Assembly (NCBI GenBank): GCA_037441565.1
Contig: JBBIRW010000005.1
Coordinates: 69,917-133,916, forward strand
DNA from: Deltaproteobacteria bacterium
Lineage (GTDB): Bacteria; Desulfobacterota; JBBIRW01
Length of the DNA: 64,000 bases
Reading direction: 5' to 3'
The notes beneath the pieces were generated by a model. That model made no database searches and was not told where the DNA came from. It saw only the letters and a program-made list of their open reading frames with translations. Numbering within the stretch: the stretch's first letter is position 1; every line of letters begins with the position of its first letter. A program made the translations under genes and the position numbers. Positions 37,836 to 50,192 of this stretch are shown here, piece by piece.

Positions 37836-39296
37836 TTACAGTTTAGGCCTTATTTTGTTCCACGGTGTATGGGTTTCGTATGCATAAGCGACCTGCAATA
37901 CTGTGGACTCGTCAAATGGTTTTCCTATAATCTGCATCCCTATTGGCAGACCCTCCCTGCTGAAACCACAAGGGATTGAGATAGCTGGAAGTCCAGCAAG
38001 ATTAACTGAGATGGTGAATATATCGGAAAGGTACATCTTGAGCGGATCATCAATCTTTTCTCCAAGCAGGAATGCAGGCGTGGGGGATGTGGGAGTGATC
38101 AAGCAGTGACAAGTATTAAATGCCTTGGAGAAATCCTCCCTGATAAGGGTCCGAACCTGCTGCGCCTTTCTGTAATAGGCCTCATAGTAGCCTGCAGACA
38201 GTGCGTATGTGCCGAGCATAATCCTCCTCTTTACCTCCGTGCCAAATCCCTCTGCCCTACTCCTCATATACATTTCCAGAAGATCCTTTGCATAAGGTGA
38301 TCTGTAGCCATATTTTACACCATCATATCTTGCAAGATTTGAGCTTGCCTCAGCGGTAGCAATAATATAATAAACGGGTATCGCATATTCTGTATGTGGA
38401 ATGCTTACCTCCTCAATAACTGCACCCATTTTTTCAAGCAGCCTCAGTGCATTCCTAACAGAAACTTCAACATCCTCATCCATTCCCTTTATGAAATATT
38501 CCCTGGGAACACCTATAATCTTTCCCTTAACACTATCTGTGAGGATGTCAGGATAATCAGGAACAGGTATATTCACGGACGTTGAATCCCTCGGATCATA
38601 GCCGCTTATTGCCTTTAGCATTATTGCACAATCCCTTACATCCTTCGTTATGGGCCCACCTTGATCAAGCGAAGATGCAAATGCGATCATCCCGTATCTG
38701 CTGACCCTTCCATAAGTGGGCTTCATGCCAACAACACCACAAAGCCCTGCTGGTTGTCTTATCGACCCCCCTGTGTCCGTTCCAATCGAGGCAATAGACT
38801 CACCAGCAGCAACTGCTGCAGCTGATCCACCACTTGAACCACCAGGAACCCGCTTAAGATCCCATGGGTTTCTCGTTGGGTAGAATGCAGAATTTTCAGT
38901 GGAAGAACCCATTGCAAACTCATCCATATTATTTTTACCGATTATAATAGCCCCCTCAGCCTTCAATCTTTCAACAACAGTTGCATTATATGGAGGGATA
39001 AAATTGGAAAGTATCTTTGACGCGCACGTGGTAAGGATCCCTTCTGTGCAAAATATATCCTTGATGGATATGGGGATCCCGGTAAGGAGCCTTATCTCCT
39101 CTCCTCGAGAAATCCTCTGGTCCAGTTCTTTTGCTTCATTGATCGCATCTTCGCCTCTTATGGTTATAAATGCCTTTATCTTCTCCTCAATAGATCCTAT
39201 CCTTTCAAGCACAGCCTCAACGACCTCTTTACAACTTACCTCCCTCTTCTTTATGAGCTCATGAAGTTGAAATAGCGTAAGATTCCATAAATCCAT
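37836..39296 (-). CDS. gatA: Asp-tRNA(Asn)/Glu-tRNA(Gln) amidotransferase subunit A
   Basis: Amidase signature [14 protein letters not shown]. Start placed at the ATG at 39296 ([17 protein letters not shown]), downstream of the gatC stop. The track ORF extends to 39362. Confidence 0.95.
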   Translation of the reverse strand: MDLWNLTLFQLHELIKKREVSCKEVVEAVLERIGSIEEKIKAFITIRGEDAINEAKELDQRISRGEEIRLLTGIPISIKDIFCTEGILTTCASKILSNFIPPYNATVVERLKAEGAIIIGKNNMDEFAMGSSTENSAFYPTRNPWDLKRVPGGSSGGSAAAVAAGESIASIGTDTGGSIRQPAGLCGVVGMKPTYGRVSRYGMIAFASSLDQGGPITKDVRDCAIMLKAISGYDPRDSTSVNIPVPDYPDILTDSVKGKIIGVPREYFIKGMDEDVEVSVRNALRLLEKMGAVIEEVSIPHTEYAIPVYYIIATAEASSNLARYDGVKYGYRSPYAKDLLEMYMRSRAEGFGTEVKRRIMLGTYALSAGYYEAYYRKAQQVRTLIREDFSKAFNTCHCLITPTSPTPAFLLGEKIDDPLKMYLSDIFTISVNLAGLPAISIPCGFSREGLPIGMQIIGKPFDESTVLQVAYAYETHTPWNKIRPKL

Positions 39297-39309
39297 ATTA
39301 TCTCTTCCC

Positions 39310-39597
39310 TTATTCGAGAATAGGTGGGACCTTAAAGTAATCCCCATCCCTCTGCGGTGCATTCATCAGTGCTTTATCAACAGAAATTGAGTCTGTTACT
39401 CTATCCCCCCTCATAATATTTATTATGGGAATTACATGTGATGTGGGCTCCACATCCTTTGTGTCAAGCTCACTGAGCTTATCAAAATACAGGAGTATGG
39501 AATTAAGCTGCTTGGTGAACAACTCCTTCTCCTTCTCCTCGAAGGCAAGGCGTGCCAGAAATGCCACATGCTCCACATCCTTTATTGTTATCTTCAT
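39310..39597 (-). CDS. gatC: Asp-tRNA(Asn)/Glu-tRNA(Gln) amidotransferase subunit C
   Basis: 95 aa, with [15 protein letters not shown]...E and gatC-gatA-gatB order. Confidence 0.9.
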   Translation of the reverse strand: MKITIKDVEHVAFLARLAFEEKEKELFTKQLNSILLYFDKLSELDTKDVEPTSHVIPIINIMRGDRVTDSISVDKALMNAPQRDGDYFKVPPILE

Positions 39598-39674
39598 AAG
39601 GATCCTTTTCTATCTTACAATCTGCTGAGGGTGTTTTAAATAGATTTAAAATTACCACATATATTTGGAAATTT

Positions 39675-41486
39675 TCAACTTGCGCCCGAGCCCTTTAAAA
39701 ATTGATTATATGCAATCAGGATATCCTTCCTGCTTAACATCCCAACTATTTCATTATCCCCGGAACCGCCCATAACAGGAATCTCCACCAGCTCTGTTTC
39801 GGAAAATATCGCTGCAGCATCCTTAAGATTGCTGTCCTCCCTTAAATAAAAGACTTCATCTGATGCAAGATCCTTTGCGAGGATAAGATCATAAAGACTC
39901 TCTTCCCTTATAATCCTCCGTAGTGTCTCCAGGGTTATCATCCCTGATATCCTTCCATCTCTATTACTTATAGGGAATGTATACTGGTGGGAATCTGCAA
40001 GCCTCTCAAGGATCTCCTTAAGTTGAATATTTTCAGGAAGAACAACGATATCTTTCTTCTTTATTGCATTCTTTACAGGTATCTTTTCAAGTATATCAAT
40101 AGCAAAATCCCCAAAGTGGGCTGGTGAATCCATTCTGCCTGGATACTGTTTTTCAAATATCGAATACCTTCCTGTAAGCAGGTATGCTATGGATGAGACA
40201 AGCATCATGGGAACAAGGAGCCCATACCCACCTGTCATTTCTGAAACCATTATAAGAGACGATACAGGCACTTTACCCACACCAGCAAAAAAGCCCCCCA
40301 TTCCAACCACAATAAAGGTGGCTGGATACTTTATCAGACCAGGTGCTATATGACTGGCCAGGTATCCAAAGGCACCACCGATCATCGCTCCTATATAGAT
40401 CGAAGGTGCAAATATCCCCCCGCTTCCACCTGATGTGATTGTAAGGGAGGTGGCAATAATCTTTGCAAAACCCAGGATTATCATCATAACCATGGAAAGC
40501 TTTCCGTCGAGTGCAAGCTGGATCCAGCCATATCCTGGACCAAGGACCCCTGGTAGAAATAAGGCCATAATTCCAAGAAGGAAGCCTCCCAATGCAGGTT
40601 TAAGGAATTTTCTTATTTTTATCCTCTTAAAAAGGGCCTTTTCAATTCCGTAAAAAACCTTTACAAATACAATCCCTACCAACGCCAGTATCACACCAAG
40701 CACAGAATAGAATATAAGTTCCATCGGGTCACTGAAAACACCCTGAGGGATATTAAAAAGGGGCTCCCATCCAAAGAATATTCCAAAGACGGAGTATGCG
40801 ATTATCGATGAAATAATGCATGGAATAAGCGCTTCAAACTCAAATTCAGGTCCGGTATAAAGGATCTCCACAGCAAGTATAGCCCCACCAAGTGGTGCCC
40901 TGAAGATGGCACCGATACCCCCCGCTACACCAGCAAGCAGGGCTTTTCTTCTTTCCCTCTCATTCAGTCCCAATAATCCTCCAACAATAGAACCAATACC
41001 TGCACCTATCTGTGCAATAGGCCCTTCTCTCCCTGCTGAACCTCCAGAACCTATCACAACAGATGAAGCAACAGTCCTTACGAAAGGGACAACCCCTTTT
41101 ATAACACCCTTCCTTTCGTGGAATGCCACAAGCATATGGTCAGTCGGGCAGACAACTTCATCCTCTTCTCCTTTACTGCTCCCCCCCTCAAAAAAGTGGA
41201 TCAGTATACCACATATAAGCCCACCTAGCGCAGGGATAAAGGGGAGTATGTACCATATGATGGACTCACCCTTCCCAAGTGATGGACCCTTCTCCCCTGC
41301 AGGGTAAGGCGGCGCGAAATGGGCCAGTTTAATGAGAAATATTTGTGTGCAGAGGTTTATCAGATGAAAAAAAACTGCTGCCGCAATTCCGGAGAGAATA
41401 CCCATTAATAAACCAATAAGGATAATCTCCCTTACCTGCTGAAACCCATGTATTCTGTGCAGTTTCAGAAATGATCCCCGCTCCAT
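39675..41486 (-). CDS. ClC-family chloride channel/antiporter with C-terminal CBS pair
   Basis: Selectivity motifs GSGGSAGREGP and GGSGGIFAPS. The C-terminal roughly 150 aa is a CBS pair. Confidence 0.9.
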   Translation of the reverse strand: MERGSFLKLHRIHGFQQVREIILIGLLMGILSGIAAAVFFHLINLCTQIFLIKLAHFAPPYPAGEKGPSLGKGESIIWYILPFIPALGGLICGILIHFFEGGSSKGEEDEVVCPTDHMLVAFHERKGVIKGVVPFVRTVASSVVIGSGGSAGREGPIAQIGAGIGSIVGGLLGLNERERRKALLAGVAGGIGAIFRAPLGGAILAVEILYTGPEFEFEALIPCIISSIIAYSVFGIFFGWEPLFNIPQGVFSDPMELIFYSVLGVILALVGIVFVKVFYGIEKALFKRIKIRKFLKPALGGFLLGIMALFLPGVLGPGYGWIQLALDGKLSMVMMIILGFAKIIATSLTITSGGSGGIFAPSIYIGAMIGGAFGYLASHIAPGLIKYPATFIVVGMGGFFAGVGKVPVSSLIMVSEMTGGYGLLVPMMLVSSIAYLLTGRYSIFEKQYPGRMDSPAHFGDFAIDILEKIPVKNAIKKKDIVVLPENIQLKEILERLADSHQYTFPISNRDGRISGMITLETLRRIIREESLYDLILAKDLASDEVFYLREDSNLKDAAAIFSETELVEIPVMGGSGDNEIVGMLSRKDILIAYNQFLKGSGAS

Positions 41487-41493
41487 GGTCCTA

Positions 41494-43323
41494 TTACTCC
41501 ACCGTTACACTCTTAGCAAGATTCCTTGGTTGATCCACATCATATCCCCTCAGGCATGCAATTTCATATGCCAGTAGCTGCAAAGGAGGGATCATCAGAA
41601 GTGGTTTTAATGGATCAGTAACATAGGGAAGAGGGATAAAATGCTCACACTTGCTTTGAAGAAGATCGTCCCCTTCCTCTCCTATGCCAATTATCCTTCC
41701 CCCTCTTGCCCTTATCTCCTCAATATTTGAAAGCATCTTCTCATATGTTCCATCCCTTGGAAGAAGTGAGACAACAGGCATTTGCTCATCTATTAGGGCT
41801 ATGGGGCCATGTTTCATCTCCCCTCCAGGGTATGCCTCGGCATGGATGTAGGAGATCTCTTTTAGTTTAAGGGCACCTTCCAGAGCCAGAGGGAAGTTTA
41901 TCCCCCTTGCTATATAGAGAAAATTCCTTGCATCCGCATAAACCCTTGAGATATCCTTTATCTTGCTTCTAAAGGCGAGGATCTCTCTTAGCTTCCCTGG
42001 TATCTTTATCATTTCTGAGATTATGCGTTGGATATCTATGGGATTAAGAATACCCCTGATGCTCCCCAGAAAAAGGGAAAGCAGATAAAGCACTACCACT
42101 TGTCCGATGAATGTTTTTGTTGCTGCAACGCCTATTTCCGGTCCTGTATGTGTATATATAACAGCATCTGATTCCCTCGCAACAGTAGATTCCATAACAT
42201 TGCAGATCCCTATTACCTTCAAACCCCTCTTTTTACCCTCCCTCAGGGCAGCTATGGTATCTGCTGTTTCTCCTGACTGGGATATTGCTACTAAAAGTCC
42301 TTTTCTATCCACAACAGGATCGCGATAGCGGAACTCTGAGCCCCAGTCCACTTCAACAGGAATCCTTGCGAATCTTTCTATGAGGCACTTTCCTATGAGT
42401 CCTGCATGCCAAGCAGTCCCACAGGCAATTATATAGATCCTGCTGATCTTTTTTAGCTCCTTTGAAGAGAGGTTGAGCTCCGGAAGGTATACCTCCCCTT
42501 TTTCCTCAGAAATCCTCCCTCTCATGGCATTTATGCATGCCTCAGGCCCTTCATGAATCTCCTTTTCCATGAAATGTCTGTACCCACCCTTTTCAGCCAT
42601 TGCGGGGCTCCAGCTTATCTCGCGGAGCTCCTTTATTATCCTTTTACCACTGAAATCGCTGAAGATGATGCTACCTGGCTCGATGATTACCACCTCACCA
42701 TCGTCCATAAAAAAGATCCTTCTCGTGTAGGGTAGGATGGCAGGCACATCAGAGGCGAGGAAGGCCTCCCCATCACCCATGCCTACTACAAGAGGTGAAG
42801 CAAGTCGTGCACCGATAATCTTACCTGGCGCCTCCCTACACAGAATGGCAACAGCAAATGCACCCTTCAGACTCCTGAAGCATTCAAGGGATGCCTCCTC
42901 AAATGACATCCCTTCTCTCATATATCTCACTATGAGATGGCAAATAACCTCTGAGTCTGTCTCAGAGGAGAAGGTGTGTCCTAAGGAGGAGAGTTCCTCT
43001 TTTAATGAAAGGTGGTTCTCGATAATTCCGTTATGAACAACAGCAACACCTCCATACCTGTGAGGATGTGCATTCTCCTCTGATGGCCTCCCATGTGTCG
43101 CCCATCTTGTATGACCTATACCACAATTTCCCTTCAGAGGTGTTACCCTGATCTTTTCACTTAATGATGCAATTTTTCCCTTGCATCGAACAACCTTCAA
43201 ATCCCCACCATCGACAACACATATACCCGCTGAATCATAACCCCTGTACTCTAATCTTATCAATCCATCAAGGAGCAGTGGAGCTGCTTCCCTTTTTCCA
43301 GTATACCCTATAATCCCGCACAT
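41494..43323 (-). CDS. glmS: glutamine--fructose-6-phosphate aminotransferase
   Basis: N-terminal MCGIIGY (Ntn Cys), two SIS domains, C-terminal NLAKSVTVE. Confidence 0.97.
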   Translation of the reverse strand: MCGIIGYTGKREAAPLLLDGLIRLEYRGYDSAGICVVDGGDLKVVRCKGKIASLSEKIRVTPLKGNCGIGHTRWATHGRPSEENAHPHRYGGVAVVHNGIIENHLSLKEELSSLGHTFSSETDSEVICHLIVRYMREGMSFEEASLECFRSLKGAFAVAILCREAPGKIIGARLASPLVVGMGDGEAFLASDVPAILPYTRRIFFMDDGEVVIIEPGSIIFSDFSGKRIIKELREISWSPAMAEKGGYRHFMEKEIHEGPEACINAMRGRISEEKGEVYLPELNLSSKELKKISRIYIIACGTAWHAGLIGKCLIERFARIPVEVDWGSEFRYRDPVVDRKGLLVAISQSGETADTIAALREGKKRGLKVIGICNVMESTVARESDAVIYTHTGPEIGVAATKTFIGQVVVLYLLSLFLGSIRGILNPIDIQRIISEMIKIPGKLREILAFRSKIKDISRVYADARNFLYIARGINFPLALEGALKLKEISYIHAEAYPGGEMKHGPIALIDEQMPVVSLLPRDGTYEKMLSNIEEIRARGGRIIGIGEEGDDLLQSKCEHFIPLPYVTDPLKPLLMIPPLQLLAYEIACLRGYDVDQPRNLAKSVTVE

Positions 43324-44709
43324 CTATCCCTCTCCCTTCTTCCTCTTCTTTTCTACCCACCCCTCTATATTCCTCTGTCTCTCCCTTGCTATGCCAAGTG
43401 CACCTGGAGGCACATCCTTTGTTATTGTTGATCCTGCACCGATGTAACATCCCTTGCCGAGTCTTACAGGTGCAACAAGGGATACGTTTGTTCCCACAAA
43501 AACACTATCGTCAATGAAGGTGGGGTTTTTCTTTTCGCCATCATAATTGCATGTTATTGTTCCAGCACCTATGTTTACTTCCTCACCAACTGTTGCATCA
43601 CCGATATAAGCAAGATGGTTTGCCTTTGTTTTTCTTCCCAGAATGCTTTTCTTGACCTCAACAAAATTTCCAATCCTCACTTCCTCTTTAAGTTCTGTTT
43701 CAGGTCTTAAGTGAGCAAAAGGACCGATCTGAACACCCCTTCTCAGGATCGCCATCTCCATAACGCTGTAGGGCTTAACAATAACATCACTCTCTAATCT
43801 ACAATCCTTTATCCTTACGCCCTGACCAATAATACAATTGCTGCCAATCTTTGTTTCTCCCTCTATGATAGAAAAGGGGTAAATTAAAGTTCCATTACCA
43901 ATTTCAACAGACTCATCAATAAAAGTATTGCGTGGATCCATAATCCTAACTCCATTTAACATATGCTTTCTGTTAATCTGGCACCTTAAATAGATTTCCG
44001 CATTTGCAAGGTCCTCCATAGTGTTTATTCCTATAATCTCCTCTTCTCCTTCAATGTTTATCGCGTTTACACCTCCTTCCTCATAAGCTATTCTCACAAT
44101 CTCCGGGAGATAGTATTCGCCCTGTGCGTTATTGCATCCTATCCTCTCAAGGGATGAAAATAGGAATCCTCCTTTCACAATCATAATGCCTGTATTTATC
44201 TCCTTTATCATCCTTATATCATTCGCTGCATCACTCTCCTCTATTATCCCTTTAACACAACCCCTATCATCCCTCACAACCCTTCCATAACCGGATGGAT
44301 CATTTACATATGCTGTAAGCAATGTTACAGGTTTGTTATTAATTCGGTGTGACTCTACAAGCCTCTTCAATGTTTCCACTCTCACAAAGGGGACATCTGC
44401 ATATAGAATAATTATATCACTATTAGCGATATCAACATGACCTTTAACACAATATACAGCATGTCCTGTTCCGAGAGGTGGGTCCTGAATAACATACTTC
44501 AACATGCTGTATGATGAGAGTATTTCCTTTGCCTTTTCCATATAAGGGTTTATAACAACAACAATATCATCAGGATTCATCATTACCGCTTTTTCAATAG
44601 AATAGGATATCAGGGGCCTTCCCGCGATCCTTTGAAGGGCTTTTGGTATCGAGGATTTCATCCTCTTTCCCATACCTGCAGCAAGGATTACTATTGAAAG
44701 TTTACCCAT
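43324..44709 (-). CDS. glmU: bifunctional UDP-N-acetylglucosamine pyrophosphorylase / GlcN-1-P acetyltransferase
   Basis: LAAGMGKRMKS and a left-handed beta-helix hexapeptide C-terminus. Its stop abuts the glmS start with no gap. Confidence 0.95.
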   Translation of the reverse strand: MGKLSIVILAAGMGKRMKSSIPKALQRIAGRPLISYSIEKAVMMNPDDIVVVINPYMEKAKEILSSYSMLKYVIQDPPLGTGHAVYCVKGHVDIANSDIIILYADVPFVRVETLKRLVESHRINNKPVTLLTAYVNDPSGYGRVVRDDRGCVKGIIEESDAANDIRMIKEINTGIMIVKGGFLFSSLERIGCNNAQGEYYLPEIVRIAYEEGGVNAINIEGEEEIIGINTMEDLANAEIYLRCQINRKHMLNGVRIMDPRNTFIDESVEIGNGTLIYPFSIIEGETKIGSNCIIGQGVRIKDCRLESDVIVKPYSVMEMAILRRGVQIGPFAHLRPETELKEEVRIGNFVEVKKSILGRKTKANHLAYIGDATVGEEVNIGAGTITCNYDGEKKNPTFIDDSVFVGTNVSLVAPVRLGKGCYIGAGSTITKDVPPGALGIARERQRNIEGWVEKKRKKGEG

Positions 44710-44776
44710 TTTAAAGACTCCTCTTTTTTAATAATCTCCTTATAAATCAAAGATTTCCTCCAGTCAAGGTTATCCT

Positions 44777-44805
44777 TTGAAGTTCCTGCCCTGTTTTGCT
44801 ATCAT
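44777..44805 (+). promoter_or_regulatory. putative sigma70-type promoter of the 187-aa gene (leaderless geometry)
   Basis: TTGAAG (44777-44782), a 17-nt spacer, TATCAT (44800-44805), then 8 nt to the ATG at 44814. No Shine-Dalgarno sequence. Confidence 0.35.
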
Positions 44806-44813
44806 TTTTATAA

Positions 44814-45377
44814 ATGGCTGGCCCTCAGGATATAACATTTCTTGAAGAAAGGATAAAAGAGGCAAAACGCCAGTATGATATGTTCTTTCTTGGAATTCAG
44901 AAGGTCGAACCATATAAATTAAGGGAAGAAATAAGGCAGATGATTCTGAAAATGCATGCTGATCACCTACCAACTTACCCCCTAAAATTTAAATTCAAGG
45001 CCCTCGTTGATAGGTTCAATATGTATCAGCAATACTGGGACAGGATGCTAAGAAAGATAGAAGAGGGAGATGCTAAAAGATATCATCAGAAACACGAGGA
45101 AATGGAGAGCCCATCCCGGAGGGAGAGGGTCGTTTTACTTGAGAGAAAAGAGGATGGTTCCTTTAAAGAGGAATCGCTCTGGAAGGTTTACAGTTGCTAT
45201 ATGGAGATAAAAAATCTATTAAATGAGCCTCCCGAAAATATCTCATTTGAAAAATTATCACGATCCGTGGAAAAGAAGGCATTTGATCTCATCAATAGGT
45301 CCAGATGTTCATCTGTTGAAGTAAAAATCGTTGAGGAAGAAAAGAGTGTAAAGATAAAACTTATCCCAAGGCCTTAG
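44814..45377 (+). CDS. hypothetical protein (charged, helical; no motif recognised)
   Basis: Uninterrupted 187-aa ORF with its own promoter-like signal. It is the only plus-strand gene in about 30 kb. No family recognised. Confidence 0.55.
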   Translation: MAGPQDITFLEERIKEAKRQYDMFFLGIQKVEPYKLREEIRQMILKMHADHLPTYPLKFKFKALVDRFNMYQQYWDRMLRKIEEGDAKRYHQKHEEMESPSRRERVVLLERKEDGSFKEESLWKVYSCYMEIKNLLNEPPENISFEKLSRSVEKKAFDLINRSRCSSVEVKIVEEEKSVKIKLIPRP

Positions 45378-45793
45378 CCCTTTCCTCCTACTTCAATCCT
45401 TGTCAAAGCCCTTTTCCATGCAGCAAGTACATGTGCATACTCCTCATCATCAAGCGTGATCTCTTTAAGCCTCTTTTCTGCCCTCTCGTATGCCCTTCTT
45501 GCCCTCTCCACATCTATTTCCGATGCCATTTCTGCTGTCTCCGCGAGCACAATAACCCTGTTGGGTAGTACCTCTGCAAATCCACCACTTATGGCACAAC
45601 TGTATATCTCCTTTCCCTTCCTGTACGAAAGCCTTCCAACTGACAATGAAACTAAATAAGGTGTATGCCCGGGGAGAACGCCGAATTCTCCCTCATATCC
45701 TGGCGCCACAATTTCATCAACCCATTCCCTTAGAACAAGCCTTTCAGGTGTGACAAGCTCTAAAAGTATCTTCTCCTCCTTCTTTTCCGCCAT
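45374..45793 (-). CDS. atpC: F0F1 ATP synthase subunit epsilon
   Basis: L.L.TPE........V..V..PG.EGEFGVLPGH motif and its position after atpD. Confidence 0.9.
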   Translation of the reverse strand: MAEKKEEKILLELVTPERLVLREWVDEIVAPGYEGEFGVLPGHTPYLVSLSVGRLSYRKGKEIYSCAISGGFAEVLPNRVIVLAETAEMASEIDVERARRAYERAEKRLKEITLDDEEYAHVLAAWKRALTRIEVGGKG

Positions 45794-45798
45794 AAGGC

Positions 45799-47232
<1,434 letters not shown>

Positions 47233-47237
47233 TTAAT

Positions 47238-48113
47238 CTATCTAATACCCTTCTTTCTCAAGGCCTCCGCCCCTCCTACAATCTCCATAAGCTCCTTTGT
47301 TATAGAGGCCTGTCTTGCCTTATTGAATTGAAGGGTGAGTTTCTTGATCATCTCCTCCGCATTTGATGATGCGGCATCCATTGCTGTCATGCGGGCCCCA
47401 TGCTCGCTTGCTATAGCCTCAAGAAGCGCCCTGTAAACTTGAAAGCTTACATGCCTCGGGAGGAGGGATTCAAGCAGATCTGATACAGAAGGCTCATATA
47501 TGTATTCGATTTTTAAACCCTCCTCAGGCTCGGGTGGATGGATCGGAAGCAACTTCTCCATAACAGGTCTCTGACTTATAGCGCTCCTGAACTCGTTATA
47601 TATCAGATGAAGTTCATCAAATGCGCCATCCCTGTAGCCTTCAATCAGCTCTGCTGCGATCTCCTTTGCCTTTTCATAACCAAAATCTTTCTGAATATTT
47701 ATGTACCACTTCCTTACATTAAAATTCCTCTTCAAAAAGTAGTCCCTTCCTTTCTTTCCCACAACTGTTATCACAATATCCTCATAATTATCCCTTTCCC
47801 TCTTTATATACCTCTCCACAAGTCTGTTTATGTTGTGATTGTAGCTGCCGCAAAGACCTCTATCTGCGGTTATAACAAATAGTGCAACCCTTTTAACCTC
47901 CCTCGGTTTTAACAGATAGTGTGCATCCCTTTCCACCCTACTTGCAAGACTGATAATCACATCCCAGAGCTTGTCTGAGTATGGTCTTGCAGCCATAATG
48001 GCATCCTGAGCCCTCCTTAATTTTGCTGCAGAGACCATCTTCATTGCACGCGTTATCTTCTGTGTGCTCTGGATGGATTTTATGCGCCTCCTGATATCCC
48101 TGAGCCCAGGCAT
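47238..48113 (-). CDS. atpG: F0F1 ATP synthase subunit gamma
   Basis: N-terminal IRRRIKSIQSTQKITRAMKMVSAAKLRRAQ and C-terminal ITKELMEIVGGAEAL. Confidence 0.95.
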   Translation of the reverse strand: MPGLRDIRRRIKSIQSTQKITRAMKMVSAAKLRRAQDAIMAARPYSDKLWDVIISLASRVERDAHYLLKPREVKRVALFVITADRGLCGSYNHNINRLVERYIKRERDNYEDIVITVVGKKGRDYFLKRNFNVRKWYINIQKDFGYEKAKEIAAELIEGYRDGAFDELHLIYNEFRSAISQRPVMEKLLPIHPPEPEEGLKIEYIYEPSVSDLLESLLPRHVSFQVYRALLEAIASEHGARMTAMDAASSNAEEMIKKLTLQFNKARQASITKELMEIVGGAEALRKKGIR

Positions 48114-48134
48114 CCCTCTCCCCTTGAAATGGAT

Positions 48135-49643
48135 TTAAACAACAAATCTCTCAGCAAACTCTTCCAAGCAACGGTTTATACGGGTCCTCAGATCATCTGT
48201 AAGTTCCTTCTTCGTCCTTATCTCCTCAAGTATCTCAGGGTACTTTGTATCCAGAAATTTATAAAGCTCCTCCTCATACCTTTTCAGTGCATCCACAGGA
48301 TACCTATCTACAAATCCATTTGTTGCAGCGTAAATAATCATGATCTGTTTTTCAACAGGAAGAGGCTGATATTGCGGCTGCTTAAGGATTTCCACCAATC
48401 TTGCTCCACGAGCAAGCTGTGCCTGGGATGCCTTGTCAAGGTCGCTTGCAAATTGTGCAAATGCCTCAAGCTCCCTGTATTGGGCAAGCTCAAGCCTGAG
48501 CCTTCCTGCAACCTGCTTCATCGCCTTTATCTGTGCAGCCCCGCCAACCCTTGATACGGATATACCAACATTCAGGGCAGGTCTTACACCTGCATAGAAT
48601 AGACCTGTCTCAAGGTATATCTGTCCATCAGTAATTGATATGACATTTGTAGGTATATAGGCAGATACATCCCCTGCCTGGGTCTCAATAACCGGAATGG
48701 CAGTAAGTGATCCACCTCCCTTCTCATCGCTCATCTTTGCCGCCCTTTCAAGCAATCGGGAGTGAAGGTAGAAAATATCCCCTGGATAAGCCTCCCTGCC
48801 GGGTGGCCTTCTAAGAAGCAGGGACATCTGTCTGTATGCAACCGCATGCTTTGAAAGATCATCATAGAATATTACACAGTGCTTTCCCGAATCCCTGAAA
48901 TATTCACCCATGGCGCATCCCGCATAAGGTGCAATAAATTGAAGGGGTGCAGGCTCGCTTGCTGTTGCTGCCACCACAGTTGTATAATCCATTGCCCCGT
49001 ATTCCCTCAATTTTGCTACGACCCTCGCCACGGTGGATCGCTTCTGTCCAATTGCAACATAGATACAATAAACGTCGGTGTTTTTCTGATTTATAATCGT
49101 GTCAACTATGATTGCCGTTTTACCCGTCTGCCTATCCCCTATGATAAGTTCCCTCTGTCCTCTTCCGATGGGTATCATGGAATCTATGGCCTTAATTCCA
49201 GTTTGTAATGGCTCCTTTACAGGCTGCCTCCAGACAATACCTGGGGCCTTCAGTTCAACCCTCCTGAAATGTTTTGCCTCTATGGGGCCTTTCCCATCGA
49301 TTGGCTGACCTATCGCATTTACTACCCTCCCCATAAGCTCTTCGCCAACAGGAACTTCCACAATCCTTCCTGTTCTTTTAACAATATCCCCCTCTTTAAT
49401 CAGATAATCCTCCCCGAGGATAGCCGCACCAACATTGTCCTGCTCGAGATTGAGCACCATTCCGTAGATCTCGCCAGGAAATTCAATAAGCTCTCCAGCC
49501 ATACAGTTCTCCAGCCCATAGATTCTTGCGATACCATCACCTACGGAGATCACAATGCCTGTTTCTTTAATATCAATCTTCTTTTCATAATCTGTAATCC
49601 TTTCTTTTATTATCTTGCTTATCTCATCCGCCCTAATCTCCAT
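48135..49643 (-). CDS. atpA: F0F1 ATP synthase subunit alpha
   Basis: Walker [10 protein letters not shown] and full-length alpha-subunit similarity. Confidence 0.98.
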   Translation of the reverse strand: MEIRADEISKIIKERITDYEKKIDIKETGIVISVGDGIARIYGLENCMAGELIEFPGEIYGMVLNLEQDNVGAAILGEDYLIKEGDIVKRTGRIVEVPVGEELMGRVVNAIGQPIDGKGPIEAKHFRRVELKAPGIVWRQPVKEPLQTGIKAIDSMIPIGRGQRELIIGDRQTGKTAIIVDTIINQKNTDVYCIYVAIGQKRSTVARVVAKLREYGAMDYTTVVAATASEPAPLQFIAPYAGCAMGEYFRDSGKHCVIFYDDLSKHAVAYRQMSLLLRRPPGREAYPGDIFYLHSRLLERAAKMSDEKGGGSLTAIPVIETQAGDVSAYIPTNVISITDGQIYLETGLFYAGVRPALNVGISVSRVGGAAQIKAMKQVAGRLRLELAQYRELEAFAQFASDLDKASQAQLARGARLVEILKQPQYQPLPVEKQIMIIYAATNGFVDRYPVDALKRYEEELYKFLDTKYPEILEEIRTKKELTDDLRTRINRCLEEFAERFVV

Positions 49644-49652
49644 GGCAACCCC

Positions 49653-50192
49653 TCACTCCTTTATTAATTTTTCTCTTATTGTCTCAAGCTGGGTTCTCAG
49701 GCTTCCATCAAGAACAGTGGAATCTATCTTGCATATTATACCGCCCATTATAGCTTCATCCTGTGTGTAAGAAATTATAACCCTTTTTTCCAATAATATC
49801 TCAAGACCTTCCCTTAACGCTCCTATCTGTGCTTCAGAAAGGGGGAAAGCCGTTATAATATGGACCCTTGCCTTTCCCAGTATATTGTCTTCAAGTTCCA
49901 CATAATATTGATATATTGCCTCAAGGGCATTTATCCTTTTCCTCTCTCCAATAAGCTCGAGGAATCTTTTAATTGTGTTGCTTGTTTTGAGTGCATCTGC
50001 AATCTCACCCATGAGCCTCCTTTTTGTTTCCGGAGGGCAGAGGGCTGATGTAAGATACTTTCTTAGGGACTCATCACCCTTTAGAAACTCTACAACCCTT
50101 TTTAGTTCCTCACCCGCCTCCTCAATCCTCCCCTCTTCCTGTGCGGACTCAATAAGTGCCTTTGCATACCTTCTTGCGATTGCACCATTCAT
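49653..50192 (-). CDS. atpH: F0F1 ATP synthase subunit delta (OSCP)
   Basis: N-terminal IARRYAKAL, about 180 aa, and its position between b and alpha. Confidence 0.85.
   Translation of the reverse strand: MNGAIARRYAKALIESAQEEGRIEEAGEELKRVVEFLKGDESLRKYLTSALCPPETKRRLMGEIADALKTSNTIKRFLELIGERKRINALEAIYQYYVELEDNILGKARVHIITAFPLSEAQIGALREGLEILLEKRVIISYTQDEAIMGGIICKIDSTVLDGSLRTQLETIREKLIKE

Noticed and set aside
43324-43330. glmS ribozyme or riboswitch upstream of glmS.
   Set aside because: The glmS start codon directly abuts the glmU stop with no gap, so there is no leader that could hold the ribozyme.
44770-44973. 67-aa minus-strand ORF in the glmU / 187-aa-gene divergent region, and the 60-aa ORF at 43268-43450 across the glmU-glmS junction.
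   Set aside because: Both overlap better-supported genes (the 187-aa plus-strand gene, and glmU/glmS). Neither has a recognisable motif or a ribosome-binding site.
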